Source: an uncultured Phycisphaerales bacterium
GTDB lineage: Bacteria; Planctomycetota; Phycisphaerae; Phycisphaerales; SM1A02
Length of the DNA stretch: 30,574 nt
Assembly (NCBI GenBank): GCA_938084645.1
Contig: CALKEP010000073.1
Span: forward strand, 1-30,574
Direction of reading: 5' to 3'
Every line of letters starts with the position of its first letter. Within the stretch, counting starts at the first letter, position 1. Below are positions 16,788-26,351 of this stretch, in pieces. The position numbers were made by a program, and so were the translations under genes. A model generated the notes under the pieces. The model saw only the letters and a list, made by a program, of their open reading frames with translations. It was not told where the DNA came from and did not search any database.

Positions 16788-17441
16788 TCAGAACGGAAGG
16801 CTGACTCGAGCCGTCACCGCAAGCGCATCGATCCCGAAGTTGGTCGCCGTGGTCCGAGCGTTGGACAGGTGGTACCAACCGATGCCCAGAAGAAGTCTCG
16901 TCCGCTCGTCCAGAGCGATCGAACAACCGATGCCCGCCTGTGGCGTGAAGTCCAAGCGACTGCCGTCCGGTGGAACCGGCGAGCTGGCGTAGACCAGTCC
17001 GATGCCGAGGTCGGCATAGAGCGTCCACGAGTCGTATCTCAGGAAGTGCCACCGGAGCATCACCGAAACGCCGAGGAAGGCGGCATCATCACCGCCATCC
17101 TGCCCGACCCAGCCCAGATCCGCGTCGACCCCGAGACTGAAGGCATCGATCGGAAACCACTCGAGTCCGCCTCGAAGCCCGAGAATTCGTTCGTTCTGAA
17201 AGTCCGTCGCCACCAGGCCACCGATCGACCACCGGAGATCGCCTTGATCGCCGTAGACCGGCCGCGTCTCCGCCGGCATGACATCGCCGGCTTCGTCCGA
17301 CGACGCCGCCTGGAGCAATCCGAGCGCATCCAGCGGGGCCGGGATCCCGGCAGGCAAGACCTCGGCCGTCAACGATCCGGCGAAACCGCCCACCGCCGCC
17401 ATCAGCAGGATGATGAAGCGTGTCATTCCGGAGTTCTGCAT
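16788..17441 (-). CDS. Outer-membrane beta-barrel, PagL / acyloxyacyl hydrolase (lipid A 3-O-deacylase) family
   Basis: Signal peptide, amphipathic strands, DFTPQAGIG, WYHLSNA (His-Ser motif), C-terminal Phe; ATG 17441 after GGAGG. Confidence 0.78.
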   Translation of the reverse strand: MQNSGMTRFIILLMAAVGGFAGSLTAEVLPAGIPAPLDALGLLQAASSDEAGDVMPAETRPVYGDQGDLRWSIGGLVATDFQNERILGLRGGLEWFPIDAFSLGVDADLGWVGQDGGDDAAFLGVSVMLRWHFLRYDSWTLYADLGIGLVYASSPVPPDGSRLDFTPQAGIGCSIALDERTRLLLGIGWYHLSNARTTATNFGIDALAVTARVSLPF

Positions 17442-17895
17442 CAAGCCTCCCGAGACGCAGATGGTGTTCCATCCCGACGCCCTGCAAAAAAGACCGCCCG
17501 GTCGCTCCGACACGACCGGACGGGTTTCTCAACCATGTCACCATGGCTGCGAAGAAGACCTCGAATCACCATCTCCATGCTGGAGATGACCTGCGGGAGG
17601 TGTTGAAACCAGAACTTCATGCTGATTTCAGCCTGTAACAGGCTATTCCGCCGCATTATGGGCGAACTTGGCGGCATTTCGACGCAAGTTCGCGTAAATT
17701 CGCTCGCTCGGATCGGGGCATACGCTCCAGATCCTGGAAATCCAAGTTCATGCTGGTTGGGAATCAGCGCCAGAGGCCCGAAATCAACCCGAATTCCGTT
17801 GGACCACGGCACAGTATCGACCCCGATGGGCGTTGGTCAACGGCTGAGTCGAACCTTCTCGAAGTAAAATGTAAAACGCTTCAGGCAATGGGCTT

Positions 17896-18363
17896 ATGAG
17901 CGAAGATACCACCTCCAAAATTATCCGGGTCTCGATCGCCGCCATCCTCCGCCCGGCGGGCCGGGCCGGACTCGACCAAGCCGCGGTGTTGGCCGCCTGG
18001 CGTCCCAAGGATTCGATTCGTGGCGGCGTCTGGGAGCTTCCTGGCGGCAAGATCGATCCGGGCGAAACTGCGGCGCAAGCCGCGGTCCGCGAAGTCCGCG
18101 AAGAGCTCGACATCGACATTCGCGCCGGGGATTCGATCGGCATCGCGGAAGATCTCGACGAAGCACTGACACGAGAACGTCACGTGCACGTGGAGGCGGT
18201 GATGGCCACCCTCGTCGGTGATGAACCGGCGGACGGCGCACGGACGTGGCGCTGGATTCCGATCGATCGACTCCACGAGTTCGAGTGGCCGCGTGCGAAT
18301 CGCGCACTGAATCGGATGCTTCAAGCACGATTCAATGCCGAACCGACCGACGAGTCCGACTGA
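17896..18363 (+). CDS. NUDIX hydrolase (MutT-like)
   Basis: WELPGGKIDPGETAAQAAVREVREELDI Nudix box; C-terminal WPRAN. Confidence 0.88.
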   Translation: MSEDTTSKIIRVSIAAILRPAGRAGLDQAAVLAAWRPKDSIRGGVWELPGGKIDPGETAAQAAVREVREELDIDIRAGDSIGIAEDLDEALTRERHVHVEAVMATLVGDEPADGARTWRWIPIDRLHEFEWPRANRALNRMLQARFNAEPTDESD

Positions 18364-18441
18364 TTTCGCGGATCTCGTGCTACGCTCTTGGCGAGGTCAC
18401 GTTTTCGTCACGACCGTTCCTCCCCGCGTGAGAGCCCCGAC

Positions 18442-19125
18442 ATGCCCCCAGAAGAGAACCACCCCCACGAAGGGGACCGAAGGCGTGAAGGCGTCTCGAG
18501 ACGTCGCTTCTTCCAGACCGTCGGCGTCACGGCGGCCGGAACCGCTGCCGAACTCCAGCAGGCGAACGCCGAGACCGCGCTTCGAGACGACGGACCGCGA
18601 ATCCTCGGACCGAACCCGGTTCGCACCCGTCTGAACGTCAACGGAAGACCGACGGAATTCGTCGCCGAGCCCGCCATCACCCTGCTCGAGGCGTTGCGGG
18701 AGCGCTGCGACATCACCGGTCCGAAGGAAGTCTGCGATCGGGCCGCTTGCGGCGGATGCACGGTGCTGGTCGATGGCGAACCGATCGCCAGCTGCATGAT
18801 GCTCGCGCTCGATGCGACCGATCGGACCATCACCACCGTGGAAGGCATCGGATCGGTGGAGAATCCCGATCCCCTGCAGGTGGCCATGGCGGAATTCGAC
18901 GCGATGCAGTGCGGTTTCTGCACCCCCGGCGTGGTGACCGCGGCCCGAGCACTGCTCGATCGAACTCCGAAGCCCTCCCTCGCGGAGATTCGTTCGGCCC
19001 TCGCCGGGAACCTGTGCCGCTGCGGCGCCTATCCGAACATCTTCAATGCCGTGCTCGTCGCCAGTGGACAGCCACCGATCGACGAACCCACCGACCGTGG
19101 CGTGAACGGAGGCGAACGAGCATGA
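18442..19125 (+). CDS. 2x[2Fe-2S] small subunit of a xanthine-oxidase-family molybdoenzyme (PaoA/YagT-like) with Tat signal
   Basis: SRRRFF twin-arginine motif, CDRAACGGCTVL..SC, QCGFCTPG, GNLCRCGAY. Confidence 0.9.
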   Translation: MPPEENHPHEGDRRREGVSRRRFFQTVGVTAAGTAAELQQANAETALRDDGPRILGPNPVRTRLNVNGRPTEFVAEPAITLLEALRERCDITGPKEVCDRAACGGCTVLVDGEPIASCMMLALDATDRTITTVEGIGSVENPDPLQVAMAEFDAMQCGFCTPGVVTAARALLDRTPKPSLAEIRSALAGNLCRCGAYPNIFNAVLVASGQPPIDEPTDRGVNGGERA

Positions 19126-21254
19126 GTGGATCGAACCCCGACCACCGAACCATCAATGCAGGCGAGTCCCTCGCCGACGACGCGACCAGACTCGACGGCC
19201 TCGCCAAGGCCACGGGCGACGCCCGCTATTCGCGCGACCATCTCCGAGACGACATGCGATGGGTCCGTCTCATCCGATGTCCCTGGGGCAAGGCGACGCT
19301 CGAATCCCTCGATCGAGATGCGGCGCTCGCCGTTCCCGGGGTGACCGAGGTCGTGATCTCCGGGGATGCCGGCGACTACGACGGTGACTCCATCGGCTAC
19401 ATCGTCGCCGAAAATCGCCGGGCCCTCGAGCGGGGACTCGACGCGCTCGATGCCCGGTGGGCTCGTGCGGCATGCAAGACCGGAATCCTCGACGATGAAA
19501 GGGCCCGAGCACCGATCGGTGCGCCGGAGGGTGACGCCGCGGACGCGATCGACGCTTCGGACTTCACCTTCGAGGCGACCTACTCGACGCCCGTCCAGAC
19601 CCACTCGTCGCTCGAGACGCACGGGATGATGATCGAACCCGACGGCGAGGGCGCGATCGTTCACGCCTCCACGCAGGGAACCTTCCTCGTGGCCGACCAG
19701 ATCGGCCGGTTTCTCGGCAAGCGACGGTCCCGGATCGTGGTGGACTGCGAGTACATCGGGGGCGGCTTCGGTTCGAAGTTCCAGATCGGCAAGGAAGGCG
19801 CCGCGGCCGGACTCGCCGCGAAGAGCTCGGGCGTTCCCGTCTACTCGTTCTGCGATCGACGCGAGGAACACCTCGACACCGGCAATCGCCCCTCGCTCCT
19901 CTGCAAGATCAAGCTCGGCCACGATGCCGACGGCACGATTCGCGGCGCCCGGATCGAGACCCTGGGAGGGACCGGCGTGTCCAGCCGTGGCGGTGGGGCC
20001 AGGATCCCCAGCGGACGGTTCGATCTCGGTGCGGTCGACGGCCAGAACCATCAGAACGTGCAATTCAACGCCGGCGGCCCGCGGGCGATGCGCGCTCCGG
20101 GTTGCCCCCAGGGCGCCTTCGTCGAGGAGTTGATGCTGGACGAGGTTGCGCATCGCTGCGGCCTCGATCCCCTCGCCCTCCGACGGCGGCTCGACGGGTC
20201 GGAACGACGCGGCGAGATGTACGACGTCGCGGCACGGCTGATCGGCTGGTCGGATCGGCCGGACACCGGATCGCAGGACGGTCCGATGCGGACCGGCTAC
20301 GGCATCGCGACCTGCGACTGGGGCAAGGGTCGAGCCCCCGCGAAGATCGAGGTCGTCGTCCATCCGGACGGCCACCTCGAAGTACGGACGGGCACCCAGG
20401 ACATCGGCACCGGCCAGCGAACGGCGATGGGCGCGGTGGTGGCCGAACGGATCGGCGTGCCGCTCGCCAACATCTCGGTGGCGATCGGCGATTCGCGGCT
20501 TCCCTCGGGTCCCGCCTCGGGCGGTTCGGTCTGCACCCCCAGCACCGCCCCTGCGGCGATGGCGGCGGCGGATCTCGCCCGGGATCGAATCCTCGCGGAC
20601 GTCGCCGAACGGGACGGCCTCGACGTCACCACCCTCCGCATCGACGACGGCATCGTGAAGTCGGGGGATCGATCGATCGTCCGCTGGGAGGATGCCTGCA
20701 AGCGGCTCCCCGAACCGATCTCGGTGATGGGCGAATTCAACGCGCGGCCCAACGCCTACTGGGGCGACGGATCCTCCGAGGGCGTCCAGGCCGCTCGGGT
20801 CGAGGTCGATTGCGAGACGGGCCAGGTCTTCGTCCGGGAGGTGGTGGCGATCCAGTCATGCGGCCTTCCGCTGGTGCGAAAACCCGCGGAGAGCCAGATC
20901 ATCGGCGGCGTCATCCAGGGGGCGAGCTACGCCCTCTTCGAGGAACAGGTCCTCGACCCCGCGACCGGGGCGGTGCTGAACGCCAACTTCGAGAACTACA
21001 AGATCCTTGGTGCGAAGGACTGCCCCAAGATCGTCCCCGTGCTCTGGCGGGATGGCCAGACGGGCGTTCGAGCGCTCGGTGAACCACCGGTCATCCCGAC
21101 CGCGGCGGCGATCGCCAACGCGGTGTTCAATGCGATCGGGCGCCCCGTTCGAGATCTCCCGCTTCGCCCGGACCGGATCCTCGCGGCCCTTGCCGAACCG
21201 GTGCCGGAACGCGTCGCGGCCGCGACGACCACGAAGACGGAGGTGCGGGCATGA
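19122..21254 (+). CDS. Molybdopterin-binding large subunit (PaoC/YagR-like)
   Basis: ATG 19122 overlaps the small-subunit stop; RLDGLAKATGDARY, IGGGFGSK, MRAPG, QDIGTG, ASGGS, QIIGG, ALGEPP. Confidence 0.9.
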   Translation: MSGSNPDHRTINAGESLADDATRLDGLAKATGDARYSRDHLRDDMRWVRLIRCPWGKATLESLDRDAALAVPGVTEVVISGDAGDYDGDSIGYIVAENRRALERGLDALDARWARAACKTGILDDERARAPIGAPEGDAADAIDASDFTFEATYSTPVQTHSSLETHGMMIEPDGEGAIVHASTQGTFLVADQIGRFLGKRRSRIVVDCEYIGGGFGSKFQIGKEGAAAGLAAKSSGVPVYSFCDRREEHLDTGNRPSLLCKIKLGHDADGTIRGARIETLGGTGVSSRGGGARIPSGRFDLGAVDGQNHQNVQFNAGGPRAMRAPGCPQGAFVEELMLDEVAHRCGLDPLALRRRLDGSERRGEMYDVAARLIGWSDRPDTGSQDGPMRTGYGIATCDWGKGRAPAKIEVVVHPDGHLEVRTGTQDIGTGQRTAMGAVVAERIGVPLANISVAIGDSRLPSGPASGGSVCTPSTAPAAMAAADLARDRILADVAERDGLDVTTLRIDDGIVKSGDRSIVRWEDACKRLPEPISVMGEFNARPNAYWGDGSSEGVQAARVEVDCETGQVFVREVVAIQSCGLPLVRKPAESQIIGGVIQGASYALFEEQVLDPATGAVLNANFENYKILGAKDCPKIVPVLWRDGQTGVRALGEPPVIPTAAAIANAVFNAIGRPVRDLPLRPDRILAALAEPVPERVAAATTTKTEVRA

Positions 21255-22231
21255 AGCCGTTTGCATACACCAGTCCGAGATCGACGAACGACGCGTCCTC
21301 GCTCGCGACGTCGAAGGACCATGCACTCCCCGTGCTCAAGACCGGCGGAATGGACCTGCTCGACCGCATGAAGGAAGGCCTCGAGACGCCGGGGCTGGTG
21401 ATCGATCTCACCCGGATCGACGACCCGGCGCTCGACCGGATCGAGTCCGGCCGGATCGGCGGTCGTGCGACCCTCGCGGCCGTCAGCGACGCCGACGTCA
21501 TCCGCGAATCGACCCCGATGATCGCACAGGCCTGCGGAAGCGCCGCGACCCCGCAGGTGCGAAACGTCGCGAGCGTCGCCGGGAACCTCCTGCAGGAGAC
21601 CCGATGCTGGTATTGGCGGATGGCGCAGTTCGACTGCGTGCGCAAGGGCGGCGAAGGATGCCCCGCACGCGAGGGCGAGCACCGCTTCCACGCCCTGTTC
21701 CCGGAGGGACCGTGCCTCATGGTCCACCCTTCGAACCTCGCACCCGCCCTGCTCCTCCTCGACGGCTCCGTCGACGTCGTGGGCGGGAACCGAACCTCGA
21801 TCCCCATGGCCGATCTCCAACCTGATCCCGCGAAGGACTGGCGATCGACCAGCGTGCTCGCGCCGGGCGAGATCGTGACCGCCGTCCGGTTCGACCCTGC
21901 TCCGAACTCGGGCTTCGTGGCACTCAAGCAGAAGCAGTCCTTCGACTGGCCGATGGTGAGCGGCTACGCCGTCCTCGACCTCGACGGCGATGTGATTCGA
22001 TCGGCCCGGACCTGTGCGGGTGCCGTCGCCCCTCGACCACGGCTCCTGCCCGCGGTCGACGCGGCCCTCGCCGGGGTCTCGATCACGGACGACGAGGCGA
22101 TCCGCAAGGCGTGCGAAGCCTCGATCGAGGGTGCCGCACCGTTGCCCGGCACCGCGTACAAGAAGACGCTGCTCCCGGTGGCGATCCGCCGGGCGGTGAT
22201 GGCCGCCGCGAACCCGGGAGGTGAGGCATGA
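21251..22231 (+). CDS. FAD-binding medium subunit with [4Fe-4S] cysteines (PaoB/YagS-like)
   Basis: GGMDLLDRMK, ATPQVRNVASVAGNL, RCWYWR..CVRKGGEGC..CLMVHPS. Confidence 0.9.
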   Translation: MKPFAYTSPRSTNDASSLATSKDHALPVLKTGGMDLLDRMKEGLETPGLVIDLTRIDDPALDRIESGRIGGRATLAAVSDADVIRESTPMIAQACGSAATPQVRNVASVAGNLLQETRCWYWRMAQFDCVRKGGEGCPAREGEHRFHALFPEGPCLMVHPSNLAPALLLLDGSVDVVGGNRTSIPMADLQPDPAKDWRSTSVLAPGEIVTAVRFDPAPNSGFVALKQKQSFDWPMVSGYAVLDLDGDVIRSARTCAGAVAPRPRLLPAVDAALAGVSITDDEAIRKACEASIEGAAPLPGTAYKKTLLPVAIRRAVMAAANPGGEA

Positions 22232-22464
22232 GCGACTCCGAGACCGACCCCACCGTCCACCTCGACCTCGTCGAGACCTGCGTGAACCTGCGTCACAAGA
22301 ACATGTACGTGATGCTCGAGCACATGCATCGAGGTCTGGTGGACGACTCCAGCACCACCCGCTGCTTCTGGTGCGTGGTGAGCCAGGACGACCGAGGGCC
22401 CGATCGCCAGGGCGTGACCCCCGGCGAATGCAGCGGCGGCCGGGCCTGTTACGAATCCGCGTGA
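22228..22464 (+). CDS. Small cysteine-rich hypothetical protein (78 aa)
   Basis: GAGG RBS, ATGA overlap upstream and GTGA overlap downstream; CVNLRHKNMY..CFWC..GPD..EC..RACY. Confidence 0.75.
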   Translation: MSDSETDPTVHLDLVETCVNLRHKNMYVMLEHMHRGLVDDSSTTRCFWCVVSQDDRGPDRQGVTPGECSGGRACYESA

Positions 22465-23072
22465 ATGACGCCGCGAGAATGCCCGTTCGCACGATCGCCG
22501 TCCTGCTCGCCGGCGGTCGCTCACGGCGAATGGGCCGATGCAAGCAGACACTGCCCTGGTCGAGGGACGGACACGCCACGACCGTCATCGCCGCGGCCTA
22601 CGACACGGTCGCGCCCGTGGCCGACCAAGTCGTGGTCACGGTCGGACGCCATGCGACCAGCATCATCGCCGCGCTCGAGCACCGGCCCGCCACCGTGGTC
22701 CACGTCGATCCTGATGGGACGATGCTGGATTCCGCCCGTGCCGGAATCCGAACCGCACTCGCCGCCGAGGCGGAGCGGGTCGTGCTGCATCTCTCCGACC
22801 ATCCCGCGGTCGCGGCCGGCACGGTCCATCGCCTGCTCGAAGCCGCCGAGGGTGCCGACTACGTCCACCCTCGCCGCGATGATCGCGGCGGCCATCCAGT
22901 GATCCTCTCGAAGGCGATCGCGTCGCGCATTCTCGATGCCTCGCTCCCGGACGGGCTCCGATCCGCACGATCGCTTCCGGGATTCCGGATCCGGGCGGTG
23001 GACCTGGACGATGCCGGGGTGCAGATCGACCTGGACACGCCGGAGGACTGGCGCCGCGACGATCCTTCGTGA
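22461..23072 (+). CDS. MocA/MobA-like nucleotidyltransferase (probable molybdenum cofactor cytidylyltransferase)
   Basis: LLAGGRSRRMGRCKQTLP, LSDHP, GGHPV, DLDTPED; GTG 22461 overlaps the upstream stop. Confidence 0.85.
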   Translation: MNDAARMPVRTIAVLLAGGRSRRMGRCKQTLPWSRDGHATTVIAAAYDTVAPVADQVVVTVGRHATSIIAALEHRPATVVHVDPDGTMLDSARAGIRTALAAEAERVVLHLSDHPAVAAGTVHRLLEAAEGADYVHPRRDDRGGHPVILSKAIASRILDASLPDGLRSARSLPGFRIRAVDLDDAGVQIDLDTPEDWRRDDPS

Positions 23073-23106
23073 TGGCGAGACTGGTGCTGCAGGCGCCCCC
23101 GTCGGC

Positions 23107-23895
23107 TCAACCGCAGAGTTCGTCGAGCTGTTGACGCAGTCGCGGACGGGTCTCCTCGACGTACCGCTTCATGATCCGCTGCTGGCGCTCGTCATCACCG
23201 ACCGCACCGAACGGCTCCGCCACGTCGAGCCACGATGCGGCACGACGAAGTCGATCACATTGCTCCGGAGTGGGTTCCACCCCGCCGTCCTCCCGAAGGA
23301 GATCGGTGAGCCCCCAACCGAAGGCATCGACGGTGGCGAGCGTCGCGATGAGTCCGCGCGGCACCGATCCGTCGAAACCATGGGCGACCCGCGGCAGGTT
23401 CGCCATCGCCACGATGACGTCCATCGCCCGAGCCTGGTCCTTCTGGATCAATGCGTAGCGGAGATCCGCCCAGAACGTCTTGCCGATCCCCCGGATCGCC
23501 TGGGGGCGGATTTCCGCGCCGGAATCGGGGACGCCCCACTCGCCCGCGAGATCGGTGATCGGGGTGTTGAAGACCCTGAGGTCCTCGACGAGCACGACCA
23601 CCTGAGGATCCCGCGGGGGGACCGGAGGGAAGCGGGCGTCGAGCCACTGGTCGAAATTCGACCGAACCACCGAGTCGGAAGCGACGATCTGCGAATTGCC
23701 CTTCTTCGGCCACGACTGCAACGCCGCGGTCCACGCCGAAGATCCGGTGGTCGTGCCACCCTTCACGGCCGAGCCGGACCCCGCGACGCCGGAGGCGATC
23801 CCGACGGTGATTCCGGAGCCGGCGTCACCGCATCCTGCGAACGGGAGTGCGACCGCGAACAGGGCGACGACGAACAGTGCGTTGATTTGCTTCAT
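23107..23895 (-). CDS. Hypothetical lipoprotein
   Basis: MKQINALFVVALFAVALPFAG-C lipobox, Gly/Ser/Thr linker, helical body. Confidence 0.7.
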   Translation of the reverse strand: MKQINALFVVALFAVALPFAGCGDAGSGITVGIASGVAGSGSAVKGGTTTGSSAWTAALQSWPKKGNSQIVASDSVVRSNFDQWLDARFPPVPPRDPQVVVLVEDLRVFNTPITDLAGEWGVPDSGAEIRPQAIRGIGKTFWADLRYALIQKDQARAMDVIVAMANLPRVAHGFDGSVPRGLIATLATVDAFGWGLTDLLREDGGVEPTPEQCDRLRRAASWLDVAEPFGAVGDDERQQRIMKRYVEETRPRLRQQLDELCG

Positions 23896-23901
23896 GGAAG
23901 T

Positions 23902-23930
23902 ATTCGACCCGGAGATCGCCGGCGTGTAAA
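23902..23930 (-). promoter_or_regulatory. Putative leaderless promoter of the lipoprotein gene
   Basis: Minus strand TTTACA-17 nt-TCGAAT-6 nt-ATG, no SD. Confidence 0.4.
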
Positions 23931-23942
23931 GCCAGACCGGCT

Positions 23943-24992
23943 TCAGCCCCCGATGCTGCTCATCGACCGGTTGCCGCGATCACCGTGGACTTCCGGCTTC
24001 ATCGCGGTGCAATCGCGGAACGCCCGGTGGAGGCGTTCGTCCAGATCGCCCTCCGAGGCGGTGCGGAGCAACGGAGCGAGATCCACCTCGCCGCCGTCGA
24101 ACAGACAGCTGCGCAGGACCCCGGCGGCGGTGAGTCGAAGCCGATTGCAGTTCTCGCAGAATGGCTTGCTCATGGCGTGGATGAGCCCGATTCGACCACG
24201 CCCGCCCGGCATCGCGAGAAGTCTCGCGGGGCCGACACCCGGATCGGATCGAGCGTCGATCGGCTCGAGCCGCCCGTGCACCGACTCGATCGAGGCGACG
24301 ATCTCATCGGCTTCCACCAGATGTCCCGCCGGATCCGCATCGGCGAAGACGCTCGACCCGAGCGGCATGAATTCGATGAATCGCACCGTCCAGTCCCGCT
24401 CGCGGGCGAGGGCGGCGAAGGTCGCCACCTCGTCGTCGTTCACCCCGCGGATCACCACCACGTTCAGTTTCACGCGTCCGAACGCGGCGGCCGTCGCGTC
24501 GAGCCCGCGCTGGAAGACATCGAACCGTCCCCCGCCCGTGATCTCCCGATAGCGATCGGGCCGGAGGCTGTCGACCGAGACCGTCACCCGGTCGAGTCCC
24601 GCGTCACGCAGCGATTCCGCGAGACGATGCATCTGAAGCCCGTTGGTGGTCATCGAGATCTCGGCGTCACCGATGCCTCGAATCCGACGGATGATCTCCA
24701 GCAGTTCGCCTCGGACCGTCGGTTCACCGCCCGTGATCTTGAAGTGCCGAACGCCGATGCGATGGGCGTAGGTGGCGATTCGCTCGAGTTCGGAGACCGA
24801 AAGCAGCGCGTCCTTCGGTTCGAACGCGACGCCACCGTCGGGCATGCAGTAGCCACAGCGAAGATTGCAGCGATCGGTGATCGAGATTCGCAGCATCCGG
24901 ACCGAATCGAGGGATCTCGGGCCGGCCGCGAATCGCGGTCTCGAGGTCTCGGCCTGGAGGACATCGAGCGGGATGCTGGTGGTGGTCGTCAC
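23943..24992 (-). CDS. moaA: GTP 3',8-cyclase (molybdenum cofactor biosynthesis)
   Basis: LRISITDRCNLRCGYCMP, ITGGEP, RFIEFMP, FCENCNRLRLT..CLF, C-terminal SIGG; GTG 24992 preferred. Confidence 0.95.
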   Translation of the reverse strand: MTTTTSIPLDVLQAETSRPRFAAGPRSLDSVRMLRISITDRCNLRCGYCMPDGGVAFEPKDALLSVSELERIATYAHRIGVRHFKITGGEPTVRGELLEIIRRIRGIGDAEISMTTNGLQMHRLAESLRDAGLDRVTVSVDSLRPDRYREITGGGRFDVFQRGLDATAAAFGRVKLNVVVIRGVNDDEVATFAALARERDWTVRFIEFMPLGSSVFADADPAGHLVEADEIVASIESVHGRLEPIDARSDPGVGPARLLAMPGGRGRIGLIHAMSKPFCENCNRLRLTAAGVLRSCLFDGGEVDLAPLLRTASEGDLDERLHRAFRDCTAMKPEVHGDRGNRSMSSIGG

Positions 24993-25044
24993 GACTCGAT
25001 GGTACTCCCCGGAGGATCCGGACGGCACCACCATCTTCCCGACT

Positions 25045-25464
25045 TCAGGCGGCCTCGCCGGGAGGCGTGAGCGGCTGACCGGGGGTCAGCACGAGCTGGA
25101 GCTGTCGCTCGATGGCGTCTCGGAGGCCGGCGGCGACCAACGGCTTGGACACCACCTCGATCCCGGCGAGCCCGTCGAGGCCGCAGATCTCGAGACTCAC
25201 CGGGCCGAGCTCGCTCAGCAGCACCACCGGCGTCGTCGACCGGTTCCTGACCCGGCGGGCGAGCACCCCACCGTCACCACCGGGCATGTTCAAGTCGGCC
25301 ACGACGAGATCGAAACGGCTTCGAGAGAACTCGCGCCACGCCGTGGCGCCGGTGGTGGCGGTGATGAAACCGCATCCGAGTCCACTCACCACGTTGACGA
25401 TCGCCTGGACGTCCTTGCGGTCGTCGTCGGCGATGAGCAGGGTTGGTCCGGTTCGATTCCGCAT
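25045..25464 (-). CDS. Single-domain response regulator receiver
   Basis: LLIADDD, VADLNMPGGDG, LLS, SKP; ATG 25464 after GGGGA. Confidence 0.82.
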   Translation of the reverse strand: MRNRTGPTLLIADDDRKDVQAIVNVVSGLGCGFITATTGATAWREFSRSRFDLVVADLNMPGGDGGVLARRVRNRSTTPVVLLSELGPVSLEICGLDGLAGIEVVSKPLVAAGLRDAIERQLQLVLTPGQPLTPPGEAA

Positions 25465-25623
25465 GCGGTCGAGTCCCCGTTTCCCCGGCTTCAATGTCCG
25501 ATCGTCCAGCACGGTGTGATCACCCGAATTCCAGACGAACGTCACCGTGGGAATCGCATCGACGAGCGATACCGCCATCTTCAACGAAACATCGGATTCA
25601 AGATGCGTTTCGGAGGCCGGGGT

Positions 25624-26271
25624 TCAGAAACCGCGACCAGGTCCGGCTGACGGGTCCATCGAGGGGTCCTCGCCGGGCTCCGCACCGGGGTCGAGACCGG
25701 GGTCGGTCGCCTCCGGGAGTCCCGGATCGGCGATCCCGACCGGGGCTGGAGCCCCCTCCACCGCCGCCCCCGGCGTCCCGGTTCCATCCTCGGCGTCGAC
25801 CTCTTCGGCGAGCTCGCGGGATGTCGTGTCCGTCGAGTCCGCCCCGGTCCGGGCGAGTTCCGCGGCGACCTTGTCACGGGCGACCTCCGCCCGGAGGAGC
25901 ACCGCATCGGCGTCATCGGACTCGACGACGAGCTGGAAGTGCCAGACGTTCCGGCTCTCGATCTCCGCCGGCACGAGTTCCGCGAAGAAATCAGGGCCCG
26001 GGAGATCCCAGATCGGCGCGTTCGCCGAGCGACCGGTCATCACCGGCTCCCAACCGGGCTTCTCGACGCGGACGTCGTACTTGCCGTAATGCAGGATCTC
26101 GACCTCGCAGGGCGTCGATCCCACTTCGCGATCGTTCATCCAGACGACGGCGCCATCGGGATCGGAGGTGATCTGGACCACCCGGCGGACACACCCTGCT
26201 CCGAAGACGAGGATCACCCCGAAGAGCATCATCGAGATCGATCGCGGAATGCGGGTGCACGTGGAGTTCAC
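25624..26271 (-). CDS. PEGA-domain lipoprotein with acidic Pro/Gly-rich tail
   Basis: Lipobox FGAG-C, ITSDPDGAVVWMNDREVGSTP..YDVRVEKPGW; start uncertain (GTG 26271 or a later ATG). Confidence 0.8.
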   Translation of the reverse strand: MNSTCTRIPRSISMMLFGVILVFGAGCVRRVVQITSDPDGAVVWMNDREVGSTPCEVEILHYGKYDVRVEKPGWEPVMTGRSANAPIWDLPGPDFFAELVPAEIESRNVWHFQLVVESDDADAVLLRAEVARDKVAAELARTGADSTDTTSRELAEEVDAEDGTGTPGAAVEGAPAPVGIADPGLPEATDPGLDPGAEPGEDPSMDPSAGPGRGF

Positions 26272-26351
26272 GCCCCGGTTGTAACGGGCTGCGAGCGGCC
26301 TCGCAAGCCGTCGGAGGAGCCTGCGGCCGTCCCCGGTTAGAATGACGGGCG

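Noticed and set aside
17420..17867. Small track ORFs in the PagL-NUDIX spacer, and a possible dif site
   Set aside because: Atypical codon usage and no motifs; only a fragmentary resemblance to the XerC/XerD consensus
18747..19121. Extended N-terminus of the Mo subunit (835-aa call)
   Set aside because: Overlaps the Fe-S subunit in another frame; ATG 19122 with GGAGG and an ATGA overlap is the better start
22936..25650. Long plus-strand ORFs 22936..24552, 23985..25070 and 24865..25650
   Set aside because: Antisense to the lipoprotein, moaA and receiver genes
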